IMG/VR virus record: IMGVR_UViG_3300025392_000002
Strand: one strand, 5' to 3'
From: a virus
Taxonomy: Duplodnaviria; Caudoviricetes
Length of the DNA stretch: 64,000 bases
Part shown: piece after piece, positions 50,782 to 60,050 of the stretch
Position numbering within the stretch: position 1 is the stretch's first letter
How the letters are laid out: each line of letters starts with the position of its first letter
Translations under genes and position numbers: made by a program
The notes under the pieces: generated by a model
Seen by the model: the letters and a program-made list of their open reading frames with translations, nothing else
The model's database searches: none
What the model was told of the DNA's origin: nothing

Positions 50782-51361
50782 AACGTATATAGTTTTACGT
50801 AATGCAATTAATCCTGATCTTTGCAAGTTTATAAAAACAGAAGTTACCCTTATTGAAAATGTTATAAATTATCAGGGTAGAAATACTCGCATAGAAAAAG
50901 GTCAAGAAGAATCTTTTGGAGTATATGGATTATTTTGCTTTGAATCCTTGTCTTTACATTTAAAATCTTTAGTAGAGGAAAGTACAGGTAAACAATTATT
51001 CCCAACATATACATACGGACGGGTGTATAGAACTGGTGCAAAATTAGAAAAGCACATTGATAGACGAAGTAGCGAATACACAGTTTCTTGTTGTATAGAA
51101 AAAGACCCAGTTGATTGGCTATTAGCTGTAGAAGATAGTACAGGAGTAGTATCCAAAATTTTATTAGAACAGGGCGATATATTAATATATAAAGGTAGTA
51201 CACATTATCATTGGCGAGAAGGTGCATTTTCTGGTAAAGAACAACTACAAATATTCTTGCAGTATGTAGATGTTCATGGTAGCAACACAGATTTAAAATA
51301 CGATAAACGACCAATGTTAGGTTTACCCGTATCACAGGAGTTTTTAAATGAAGCCAATTGA
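50774..51361 (+). CDS. 2OG-Fe(II) oxygenase
   Basis: RVY..G..L.KHIDR..EY, GD..IY.G...HWRE, Q.FLQYV; ATG at 50774 preferred. Confidence 0.85.
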   Translation: MNETYIVLRNAINPDLCKFIKTEVTLIENVINYQGRNTRIEKGQEESFGVYGLFCFESLSLHLKSLVEESTGKQLFPTYTYGRVYRTGAKLEKHIDRRSSEYTVSCCIEKDPVDWLLAVEDSTGVVSKILLEQGDILIYKGSTHYHWREGAFSGKEQLQIFLQYVDVHGSNTDLKYDKRPMLGLPVSQEFLNEAN

Positions 51362-51920
51362 AATAGAAAATGTTATTGATAAAGAATATCAACAAAAAAT
51401 ATATGACACTGTAACTAGTATAGACTTCCCATGGCATTATATGGAAGATACTACATTTGAAGTTAAACAAACAAAATACGACACTACGCCGGCCTTTGGT
51501 CATCTATTATTTTCTAATCAAACAAAAAGCGAATATCTCGATGTGTTTACACCATTGATGCTAACGGCTATTGAAAAATGTGGATTAAAACTTATTAGTC
51601 CGTTAAGATTACGTCTTGGGTTTTTATTGAACACAATATATCCGTTACCAAGTATTGGATACAAACATAATACACCGCATGTAGACGCTTCGGTAGATCA
51701 TTATACTATATGCTACTATGTTAACTCATCTGATGGCGCCACAATGATTTTTAATCAACAGGAAGAGTCAGAAAAATATACATTATTACACAAAGTTGAA
51801 CCTCGACAGGGTAAAATTGTATGTTTTGATGGTAAGAATTATCATGCAAGTACTTGTCCTAAAATGCATTCTAGCCGAATAGTGCTTACTATTAATTTTA
51901 CTGCTGAAAAAAATGCATAA
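51348..51920 (+). CDS. 2OG-Fe(II) oxygenase (prolyl-hydroxylase-like)
   Basis: FPW, PHVD, YYVN.SDG.T, FDG..YHAS..P, R..IN. Confidence 0.88.
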   Translation: MKPIEIENVIDKEYQQKIYDTVTSIDFPWHYMEDTTFEVKQTKYDTTPAFGHLLFSNQTKSEYLDVFTPLMLTAIEKCGLKLISPLRLRLGFLLNTIYPLPSIGYKHNTPHVDASVDHYTICYYVNSSDGATMIFNQQEESEKYTLLHKVEPRQGKIVCFDGKNYHASTCPKMHSSRIVLTINFTAEKNA

Positions 51921-52554
51921 TAGAAAAAACAGATTGTATTATCCATTCATCCCTACAATCGTAGTTGATGATTTTTTTGAAACTCCAGAGATGATCAGGA
52001 GTTTTGCACTGTCTCAGGATTTTTTTAAAGGGGATCGTGGATATTGGCCTGGAGTTCGAAGTAAGATGCTAGATGAAACTAGTACAGAATTGTTTAATTT
52101 GATGCAATATAATATATTAAATTGTTTGCCACAATTTAAAAAATTTGAAAAGTTTGAAAGTACCTTTCATCTTTGTAATGAGAGCTATGTAAGAGGCTGG
52201 GTACATGATGATGCACCCGATGTTAATGTTGCAGGGTTTGTATATCTATCTCCTAATCCTCCATTAAATACTGGAACTACATTTTTTGAAGATTCTATTG
52301 AACAAATGATGTCGCAGTATTTAGAGCCTTTTATGGACGATGTTTCAAGGATGCCCGATGAACCTCCTAGATTAGAATACAGCAAGTATAGAGATGAACA
52401 AATAAGCTGGTTTAAAAAATCGTTAAGTATTGACAATATGTTTAATCGTGCTATAATATTTGATCCGCGTACTTGGCATGCCGCAGATAATTTTTTTGGA
52501 ACTACTAAAGAAGATTCCAGATTAACTATTGTATTTTTTGGGAGAGCAGTATGA
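51913..52554 (+). CDS. 2OG-Fe(II) oxygenase (DUF6445-like)
   Basis: VVDDFF..P, WPGVRS, GWVHDD, YL.P...GT, FNR...WH, RL..VFF. Confidence 0.82.
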   Translation: MHNRKNRLYYPFIPTIVVDDFFETPEMIRSFALSQDFFKGDRGYWPGVRSKMLDETSTELFNLMQYNILNCLPQFKKFEKFESTFHLCNESYVRGWVHDDAPDVNVAGFVYLSPNPPLNTGTTFFEDSIEQMMSQYLEPFMDDVSRMPDEPPRLEYSKYRDEQISWFKKSLSIDNMFNRAIIFDPRTWHAADNFFGTTKEDSRLTIVFFGRAV

Positions 52555-53261
52555 CAACTTTATCAGATATAAAAGACATTGATCAACGTGCTCAAGTAAG
52601 TGCTGGCTTAATTAAAAACCATGACCTTAAAAACAGGAAAAAATTTCCATTTATTCCAACAAGAATAGTTGATAATTTTTTTGAAGCTCCTATGGGTTGG
52701 CGGGCATTTGCCTTAGACCAGTCCTACGAAAGAAGCGATACTGGTACTTGGCCGGGTGTTAGATCGAAGTCGTTAGATCAACTTGATCCTGATATGTTTG
52801 AAATATTTGCTAAAAAACTATTACAAGTTCTTCCAGAATTTGTCGGTTTTCGAGAATTAGGAATTAATTTTCATCTTATAGACGAAACTTTTGATAAAGG
52901 ATGGGTTCATGACGATGATCCTACATTGAATGTCGTAGGAGTTGTTTACTTGAATAAAAATGCACCTCCAGATTCAGGCACGACATTGTATTGTGACCAG
53001 TACGATTTAGACGCCGATCGTTATAGATCTTTATTTAAACAAGATGTACTCAGTATTGATCCCGAAGAAAGAAAAAAACTAACGTATGCAAGAGACGATC
53101 AGAGAAGCAAATACAGACCAAGTATGGTGGTTGAAAATGTTTTTAATCGATGCGTAATTTATGACCCACGTACTTGGCATAGCCCTAATAAATTTTTTGG
53201 TAAAACAAAAGAAGATTCGCGTCTTAATATTGTATTTTTTGCACAAGGTGTACGTAAATGA
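52551..53261 (+). CDS. 2OG-Fe(II) oxygenase (DUF6445-like), paralogue of previous gene
   Basis: Same motifs incl. DPRTWH...FFG.TKEDSRL. Confidence 0.82.
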   Translation: MTTLSDIKDIDQRAQVSAGLIKNHDLKNRKKFPFIPTRIVDNFFEAPMGWRAFALDQSYERSDTGTWPGVRSKSLDQLDPDMFEIFAKKLLQVLPEFVGFRELGINFHLIDETFDKGWVHDDDPTLNVVGVVYLNKNAPPDSGTTLYCDQYDLDADRYRSLFKQDVLSIDPEERKKLTYARDDQRSKYRPSMVVENVFNRCVIYDPRTWHSPNKFFGKTKEDSRLNIVFFAQGVRK

Positions 53262-53875
53262 ATTTAAGATTTGCTAATTTTTCTAACTTCGGATTTGTTA
53301 GAGATACAGTTCCTAGCGATGTACTTTTATCTTTAAAATCAGAAATTGACTGCATCGATTTAGATAAAACTAATACTATTTCAGGACAATTAGCAGGAAA
53401 TATTGAAAAACAATTTGAACTATCAAGTAGTAATGCGGCACTAGAACCTTATGTATTATATCTTTGCCGAGAATATCTCAATACATTTAATCCTGCACAT
53501 ACGTTTCAATTTTCTCAAATAAAAAACTTAAAATTAAATGCATCATGGGTAAATTTTCAAAAGAAGAATGAATTCAATCCTATACATACACATGACGGCA
53601 TGTTTAGTTTTGTAATATGGATTAAAATTCCTTATTCTATAGATTCAGAAATATCTCAACCCCATGTTGTTAATTCTAATATGCGACGTGCAGGTATGTT
53701 TTCTTTTATGTATACAAATGTATTCGGAGAAATTAGAGAATCTGTGCAGGCAATTGATAGTTCATTTGAAGGTGAAATATTTTTATTTCCTGCATCTTTT
53801 ATGCATCAAGTATATCCGTTCACTACTTCAGACGACTACAGAATTTCTATATCAGGAAATATTATAAATGGATGA
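53258..53875 (+). CDS. 2OG-Fe(II) oxygenase
   Basis: LAGNI, WVNFQ..EFNP.HTH.G.FSFV, FP...HQVYPF, RISISGN. Confidence 0.88.
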   Translation: MNLRFANFSNFGFVRDTVPSDVLLSLKSEIDCIDLDKTNTISGQLAGNIEKQFELSSSNAALEPYVLYLCREYLNTFNPAHTFQFSQIKNLKLNASWVNFQKKNEFNPIHTHDGMFSFVIWIKIPYSIDSEISQPHVVNSNMRRAGMFSFMYTNVFGEIRESVQAIDSSFEGEIFLFPASFMHQVYPFTTSDDYRISISGNIING

Positions 53876-54467
53876 TATCATCATAATTGAAAATGTAATT
53901 TCTAAAGATTACCAGAATCATATATTGTCACATGCATCAAGTTTAAAGTTTCCATGGTATTTCAATCCCAACATGGTTAGTGAGCATGATCCAGTTGCAA
54001 ACGATCCTAAAAATGTTATGGGATTTAATCATTTTTTATACGAAGAAGGCAAACCAGTTAGTCCATTCTTTGACTCGGTATATCCTTTAATACTATCTAT
54101 TACTGGAAAAACAAATGTACAATTTCAACAGTTAGAGCGTATGCGATTTAATTTAACTTTTAAGAATACATCGAGCACAGAAAACTGGCACTTGCCACAT
54201 ATTGACACCGCTCATCCGCATTTGGTTGCAATTTATTACGTGAACGATAGTGATGGCGATACTGTTATTTTTAATGAAACTAACGACTCATACAAACCAA
54301 AAGATTTTGATAAAATGAAATCTGAGGACTTCACAGTCAAGGCACGGATAACTCCTAAACAAGGAAAAATGGTAATTTTTCCAGGACAATATTATCATGC
54401 ATCATCATATCCAAGAAATTCTAAATACAGAATGGTGATTAATTCAAATTTAGGAAACATTCTCTAA
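53868..54467 (+). CDS. 2OG-Fe(II) oxygenase (prolyl-hydroxylase-like)
   Basis: FPW, PHID, YYVNDSDGDT, YHASS.P, R.VIN. Confidence 0.88.
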   Translation: MDDIIIIENVISKDYQNHILSHASSLKFPWYFNPNMVSEHDPVANDPKNVMGFNHFLYEEGKPVSPFFDSVYPLILSITGKTNVQFQQLERMRFNLTFKNTSSTENWHLPHIDTAHPHLVAIYYVNDSDGDTVIFNETNDSYKPKDFDKMKSEDFTVKARITPKQGKMVIFPGQYYHASSYPRNSKYRMVINSNLGNIL

Positions 54468-54991
54468 TGCAAGATTACATGGTTTATAAATCTCAATTGA
54501 TTATAGATAATCAACCACAAATTATCTATGAGCTAGAACGAGCACATTATCACTTTACAAAAAACTTTCATAAAATGGATCCTACTTGGGGCTATGCATT
54601 TTATAACATATTTGCTATTACTAGTCCTAGTCCGTTGTTTTATGATATACTGCAAGAAATGAAACAACAAGTTCGTGAATTCACGGGCATCAAAGGTCCT
54701 ATGTGGTTTCAGTCATGGCTTAACTATCATAAACCTGACGAAGTTTTAGACTGGCACGATCATCAATGGCCGTGGCACGGTTATTTTAGTATTGATCCTA
54801 AAAATACAAAAACAGTATTTGAAGGTTATGAAATTCTTAATGAAGTGGGTAATGTATATATTGGCCCAGGATTTAGAAAGCATAAGGTTGAGGTACTAGA
54901 ATCGTACGAAACCCCAAGAATTACCCTGGGGTTTGATATTGAAACACGCCCTAATTTATGCTATGAGCAGTTTTCGTTAATACCGTTTTAA
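54467..54991 (+). CDS. putative 2OG-Fe(II) oxygenase
   Basis: SWLN...WHDH, distal HKV, RITLGFD. Confidence 0.7.
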   Translation: MQDYMVYKSQLIIDNQPQIIYELERAHYHFTKNFHKMDPTWGYAFYNIFAITSPSPLFYDILQEMKQQVREFTGIKGPMWFQSWLNYHKPDEVLDWHDHQWPWHGYFSIDPKNTKTVFEGYEILNEVGNVYIGPGFRKHKVEVLESYETPRITLGFDIETRPNLCYEQFSLIPF

Positions 54992-55281
54992 TAAGGTACA
55001 TCGATTGGTGGAATTGTACCAGCTGGATGTGCCGCAAATCTAGGATCTTGATAGTACGGCGGAGGTAAAACTGGCTCCCAATCTGTAGTATTTTCTTCCT
55101 CATTAGTCTGCATGGCCCATATAGTAGCTTTTTTCTTAGCTTGTGCAAGGCTATCAATATGTGGGCGATTATGATAATTAGGATGTGCTGGATCTTCAGC
55201 ATGTTCTGGGTGTGCATGTGGTAGCTCCCAGTCCCTAATTTCTTCGGTTTTAGTGTTTTTTATTTGAACATGAAATGGCAT
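54988..55281 (-). CDS. His/Pro-rich small hypothetical protein
   Basis: 97 aa, AGGAG SD, own late box at 55308-55313. Confidence 0.7.
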   Translation of the reverse strand: MPFHVQIKNTKTEEIRDWELPHAHPEHAEDPAHPNYHNRPHIDSLAQAKKKATIWAMQTNEEENTTDWEPVLPPPYYQDPRFAAHPAGTIPPIDVPY

Positions 55282-55313
55282 TTTTTACTCCTAACGGATT
55301 GATACGTTATTTA

Positions 55314-55979
55314 TCAATGATATTGCTTAGATCTTGGAACTGGAGTGTACTGGGCGATTACATTTTTAATGAAAAATACTTGCGATAATCTAAACCCTTC
55401 CCCTGTTTCAAAATTATCTGCTTTGTGATACGATTCTCCATCGTACGCAATCATACGATTATACTTGTTGGTGAACCTTATAGTTTCTGAGAATTTGCTA
55501 TTGTGGTTAGAAATTGTCTGATCGTATAAGTCTGGATCTACAGTTTCTCCCTTAAAAAACGCATGTTTAACGCTACTAACGTCTTCTAAAATAGCATCCT
55601 TTTTTAACTCATAAATCGAAGTTCCGCTTGATGGATCAGGATTGTCATTTAAATAAATTATACCAGCAAATACTGTGTTATCGTCGGCATGAATCCACCC
55701 TGTATTTCTATACTTGGCAGTACCAGGCATTGGATAAATCTTTTGAAAATACGACGATACTTCCCATGTGATTGGCGCATTTGTCAAGTCATAAAACATA
55801 GAGAACAAGCGTTTGCAAGTCATCGATAACATTTTTACGTTTGTAGTATGTATAGCCGCACGTAGTCCAGGGTAGCTACCTTCAGGACAAGCTACATAAT
55901 CCAATTGAGATGCATACTTTTGCATTTGATCTGGATCATCGTAAAAGTTATCTACACAAATTGCTGGAAAATTTATCAT
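55314..55979 (-). CDS. 2OG-Fe(II) oxygenase (DUF6445-like)
   Basis: VDNFY.DP, YPGLR, GWIHAD, AGIIYL, YNR..Y...YH, RLSQVFF. Confidence 0.85.
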   Translation of the reverse strand: MINFPAICVDNFYDDPDQMQKYASQLDYVACPEGSYPGLRAAIHTTNVKMLSMTCKRLFSMFYDLTNAPITWEVSSYFQKIYPMPGTAKYRNTGWIHADDNTVFAGIIYLNDNPDPSSGTSIYELKKDAILEDVSSVKHAFFKGETVDPDLYDQTISNHNSKFSETIRFTNKYNRMIAYDGESYHKADNFETGEGFRLSQVFFIKNVIAQYTPVPRSKQYH

Positions 55980-56004
55980 AAGTTTGTATCCTCTGTAGTA
56001 GTTA

Positions 56005-56661
56005 TCATATTTCTAAAGACTGTAGAAAATAATTAGATATTGGTCCTTTGATAAAAGTATTAAAAGATAGCGAAATTCTGTTTGTATTACTGTTATTCTT
56101 TGATACTTTGTGTTCTAAACTACTTGGAAATAGAAGTAGGCTATGCTGTTTTGGAATTAATATCCAATGCTTTGAATTATAAATGTTACTGTTTACAGTA
56201 GTATATTCTATCTGCTGATATTGGCTATTTGAAAATATAAGATTTCCCGAGTCAGCATCAACATTGAAATAGTATACTCCGCTGATTATAGAGTTTGCAT
56301 GACGATGCCTGTGATGCTCCTGCCCCGGCTCGGTTTTGTTTAACCAACTTTCTGTAATATATATTTCAATATCAGGCTCAGCCTGCATTACTCCATAAAA
56401 ATATTGTTTTAATTCTGCTTGTATCAAAGAATAGAACCGAGTTTCTTTGACAGAATCTAACCAACGATTATCTTTACTTACATTATTATTATGATTGCTA
56501 GCCCATTCGACATTATCTCCGGACACCATAGTATCTAACGACATCAATTCTTCTGCTGTTTGTTGTACACCAAGATTATTAACATATACCGGAGAGCTAA
56601 AAAGTGGAATAATTTCGTGGCCAAAATTTATGTTCATTTTATTTCCATTCTTTGGGTGCAT
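56005..56661 (-). CDS. 2OG-Fe(II) oxygenase (TIGR02466-like)
   Basis: SWLN...HRHANS.ISGVYY, FPSSLEH.V, RISLSFN; start may be the second Met. Confidence 0.9.
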   Translation of the reverse strand: MHPKNGNKMNINFGHEIIPLFSSPVYVNNLGVQQTAEELMSLDTMVSGDNVEWASNHNNNVSKDNRWLDSVKETRFYSLIQAELKQYFYGVMQAEPDIEIYITESWLNKTEPGQEHHRHRHANSIISGVYYFNVDADSGNLIFSNSQYQQIEYTTVNSNIYNSKHWILIPKQHSLLLFPSSLEHKVSKNNSNTNRISLSFNTFIKGPISNYFLQSLEI

Positions 56662-58123
56662 TTATCATCACATTCAATGCTTCTCTGTGGGTTACAGTAT
56701 CATCAATATTTTTATAATAGCCTTCATCAAATGCTAGATCTTGTATAGATTTTTGTGTCAGATGATTGAAATTTTCTTGATATAGTGCTTTGATTTTTTC
56801 TGTGTTGAACATTTGTAAACCGTGCATAACCTGTGCAAAATTTAATCCTCTAAACATTAATAATGGAGACGATGAAAAATAAGTGTCATTAACAAAATTA
56901 TTTTTAAAGACGTCTATATATTCTTTGTTAAAATCTGTCATTTTAATATTATGTTTACACCACTTCCAAAATTCTGTATCTTCTCGAGTAGTGAAATAGT
57001 GAAGTTGTATAAAATCTATAATATTTGTTACAATAAGATTTGCAGACTCGTTATACTTTTTGACAGTAGTTTGATTTTCTCTACTCCATAACCCTAAAAA
57101 CGGTCCTAGCATTCTCACTAATTGTATAGTACTACCAATACTAGATGCTTCCAATGGCTCAACAAACATACTAGCTAGACCAACAGTTACACAATTTTTG
57201 ATCCAGCATTTATCTACATACCCTGCCGAGAATTTAATTTTCTTTCCTATACTAATCGTTTCTTCAAACTCTGATTGTACTTCATCGAAAGCTTCTGTTT
57301 CATTGATAAATGCATCACAGAATACATAACCGTTTCCAAATCTTTCTTGAGTAGGAATACGCCATCTCCATCCAGAACTCATAGCTTTTGCCAATGTATA
57401 TAATGGTAGAGACTCTTGGTATCCTGTAGGAAATGCTATAGCACTATTCATAGGTAGTTGTTCAGAACAATCTATCCACTTGGCTCCAAGTTTTGAAATA
57501 ATAATTCTATTAAATCCTGTAGAATCTATATAAAAATCATGTTCATAGACATTACCAGTAGCTCCAGTCAAACTTGATACAAACCCGTGGTCATCTAAAT
57601 TAACATCTATTATCTCGTCATCTATAATAGTGATATTTCTTTCTTTGCACAGTTTGTGGAAATAGTTGTTAAGTTTATTTGTATCAAAATGATACTGGCT
57701 AAAAGTTTCTAATATAGGATCTCTTAGTATCGATTTGATCCATGTGGGCCATAGTGTTTCTAAAGGATCAGCATTTTCTGATATTAATCTCATCATAGTA
57801 TACGGTATTGCAGTATACGGATCGTGTATACTGTATTTTTCAGATAGACTATGGAAATAAGTTTTACCGTCACTGCGCCATCCGTCAAACTTGATACCAG
57901 ATTTAAGTGTAGCACCGCATTCTCTTATTAGATCAAATCTTGAGATACCTACAGCTTGCATAAAGGTTGCCCAATGTTCTGTTGAACCTTCGCCGACTCC
58001 GATAATACCTATTTTACTTGATTCAATTATTGTTATTTCAGTATTTGGATGTGCTTTTTGTAAGTATAATGCAGATATTAATCCTGCTGTGCCTCCTCCG
58101 GCAATACATAATTTTTTTATCAT
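56639..58123 (-). CDS. flavin-dependent (tryptophan-halogenase family) halogenase 2
   Basis: GGGTAG, GVGEGS, ATLK, WRWRIP, FVEPLEAS. Confidence 0.92.
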   Translation of the reverse strand: MIKKLCIAGGGTAGLISALYLQKAHPNTEITIIESSKIGIIGVGEGSTEHWATFMQAVGISRFDLIRECGATLKSGIKFDGWRSDGKTYFHSLSEKYSIHDPYTAIPYTMMRLISENADPLETLWPTWIKSILRDPILETFSQYHFDTNKLNNYFHKLCKERNITIIDDEIIDVNLDDHGFVSSLTGATGNVYEHDFYIDSTGFNRIIISKLGAKWIDCSEQLPMNSAIAFPTGYQESLPLYTLAKAMSSGWRWRIPTQERFGNGYVFCDAFINETEAFDEVQSEFEETISIGKKIKFSAGYVDKCWIKNCVTVGLASMFVEPLEASSIGSTIQLVRMLGPFLGLWSRENQTTVKKYNESANLIVTNIIDFIQLHYFTTREDTEFWKWCKHNIKMTDFNKEYIDVFKNNFVNDTYFSSSPLLMFRGLNFAQVMHGLQMFNTEKIKALYQENFNHLTQKSIQDLAFDEGYYKNIDDTVTHREALNVMINAPKEWK

Positions 58124-58569
58124 ATTAAATCTACTAAATCAAATACGGTCTGGAGTTTTGTGCGGATAGTTTTTGAGCTAAAACTATTACGTAAACCTTG
58201 ATGTAACGGTTTAGGAGCACGATCTATAGTGGACCATGCCCAACCCATATGTTCGTCGCTTAAGACTGGAACAAATTCTGTGTCTATTACACACAAGTAT
58301 GTGTGGAAATTAAACACTTTGTCGTTGGACACAAATGTTTCCAAGGGAATTGTTTTTATAATATTGGGTAAACTACCAATTTCTTCAGTAATTTCACGTT
58401 GCAAACCCTGCCAAGGAGTTTCGCCTACTATGTTAGTACCGCCAACTAGACCCCATGTACCTTCATGCTTGCCTTGTGTTTTTTGTAATAGCAGGAAACG
58501 TCGCGTAGATTTAGCGTAGAACAATGCTCCGCTACATACAATACGATCTGTTACAAGTCTATTCTCCAT
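58120..58569 (-). CDS. NUDIX hydrolase
   Basis: Nudix box GTNIVGETPWQGLQREITEEIG. Confidence 0.9.
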   Translation of the reverse strand: MENRLVTDRIVCSGALFYAKSTRRFLLLQKTQGKHEGTWGLVGGTNIVGETPWQGLQREITEEIGSLPNIIKTIPLETFVSNDKVFNFHTYLCVIDTEFVPVLSDEHMGWAWSTIDRAPKPLHQGLRNSFSSKTIRTKLQTVFDLVDLI

Positions 58570-60050
58570 TGGCCCACGTCATAAAAACCTTCGAAGCTCT
58601 TGTTCCATGAAACACCGTTCCACAAATACTGAACTCCTGTATATATATTCGTTTGCCATACCATAGAGCTTGAATGTTGGCTAGCTGTAAACACTATTCT
58701 CCAAGCAGTACCACTCCACTCTATAATATCATTTGCATGGGCTACAAAATCTGTACCGGTAGTACTTTGCCATGCTTTTGCACCTGCACTTGCACTATTA
58801 GTTGTGCTACCTATATCTTCTATGATTAGTAGTCGTGTACCTACTGCAACAGGTTGGTCAGATTGTTCTTTACCTGTTGGACGTTTTGGATTATAAGTTG
58901 CAGGATCTACAATAGCATCGAATGTTCCTGGACTATTTGGTCTACTGCTAGTACCAGCATTATATCCGTAGTCTGAATCTAGTTTTCCAGTACTGTCAAT
59001 GCCTGTGTTTGTAACTAGTGTATCTGGATTCCAGTTAACACGCAATATCGTAGGATCGAATGAATCTAATGCAATAGTTCCAATAACTATTGCCCCGTTT
59101 GATTGTGTTAGATATATTTGACTTGATCCTGCAATATATTTTCCAGGATATGCATCAAACACTATATTCCAATCAATTGGCGTTCCTATCCGTGTGGGTG
59201 AAATATCTAGTGTAGGCTCTCGAGGATTCGTAGTGCCACCGGGCCCTAGTAGGTATGCCTTACCACCGTATACTTCTATCTTATAATTAGTAATTGTTGT
59301 TACATCAGTACTAACAAGGTCACTCATTGTCGTAGTTCCGGCAATAGGGTCCATGCCTAAACCTTCTATATAAGTTCCGCTAGTAGTATTAGCACCATAA
59401 AGACTAGTAATAATTTTTGTAATAACACCCAAGTGTTTGACTTTAACCGGAGGGTTAATCCAAATTGGAGTTTCTACTTCTAAAGTAGCAATGTCAATTG
59501 GAGTATCGTTACCTACAGGAACTTGTTTACTACTCCAAGTAATGTTTGATAAATTCAATACAGTTAAACTGGTCCAGTCTAAGTAATTGTCAGATGTTTG
59601 TAATTCTAATGTTGGATTAAACAATACTAAAATTTGTTCAAGTATTTGCAATTTTTGTTCGCTACTGCTAGACCAAATATCCACTTTCATTTTTAACTGA
59701 AAAGGTGTTGGCATCAGTCTTTCAACCATGTAGTTTTTACCTTGCCCAGTAGTATAAGTTCCAGAATCGATATCGCGTTCACGGATTTGTACTTTATCAA
59801 CAAATGTTTGATCGGCTAGACGATCTTTGTCCATACTCAAACCGTTGACATACACACTGATACGTGGCACACTATTAACTTTGTTTTCACTATTGTTACG
59901 TATGATGCTAGCAACTTGACGATCTGCATCTCCATACATGACAGGTACGCGAACTAGTGTTCCATCACCGTACTTGACTGCAAAGTTACTAAACACACGA
60001 ATAGTTTGTATGATGTAACGTCTTATTTGTCCGTCGTAAAAAAATTGCAT
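58551..60050 (-). CDS. tail completion/sheath stabiliser (T4 gp15-like)
   Basis: FFYD.QIRRY, VPVMYGD, QILEQIL.LFNP motifs. Confidence 0.75.
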   Translation of the reverse strand: MQFFYDGQIRRYIIQTIRVFSNFAVKYGDGTLVRVPVMYGDADRQVASIIRNNSENKVNSVPRISVYVNGLSMDKDRLADQTFVDKVQIRERDIDSGTYTTGQGKNYMVERLMPTPFQLKMKVDIWSSSSEQKLQILEQILVLFNPTLELQTSDNYLDWTSLTVLNLSNITWSSKQVPVGNDTPIDIATLEVETPIWINPPVKVKHLGVITKIITSLYGANTTSGTYIEGLGMDPIAGTTTMSDLVSTDVTTITNYKIEVYGGKAYLLGPGGTTNPREPTLDISPTRIGTPIDWNIVFDAYPGKYIAGSSQIYLTQSNGAIVIGTIALDSFDPTILRVNWNPDTLVTNTGIDSTGKLDSDYGYNAGTSSRPNSPGTFDAIVDPATYNPKRPTGKEQSDQPVAVGTRLLIIEDIGSTTNSASAGAKAWQSTTGTDFVAHANDIIEWSGTAWRIVFTASQHSSSMVWQTNIYTGVQYLWNGVSWNKSFEGFYDVGQWRIDL

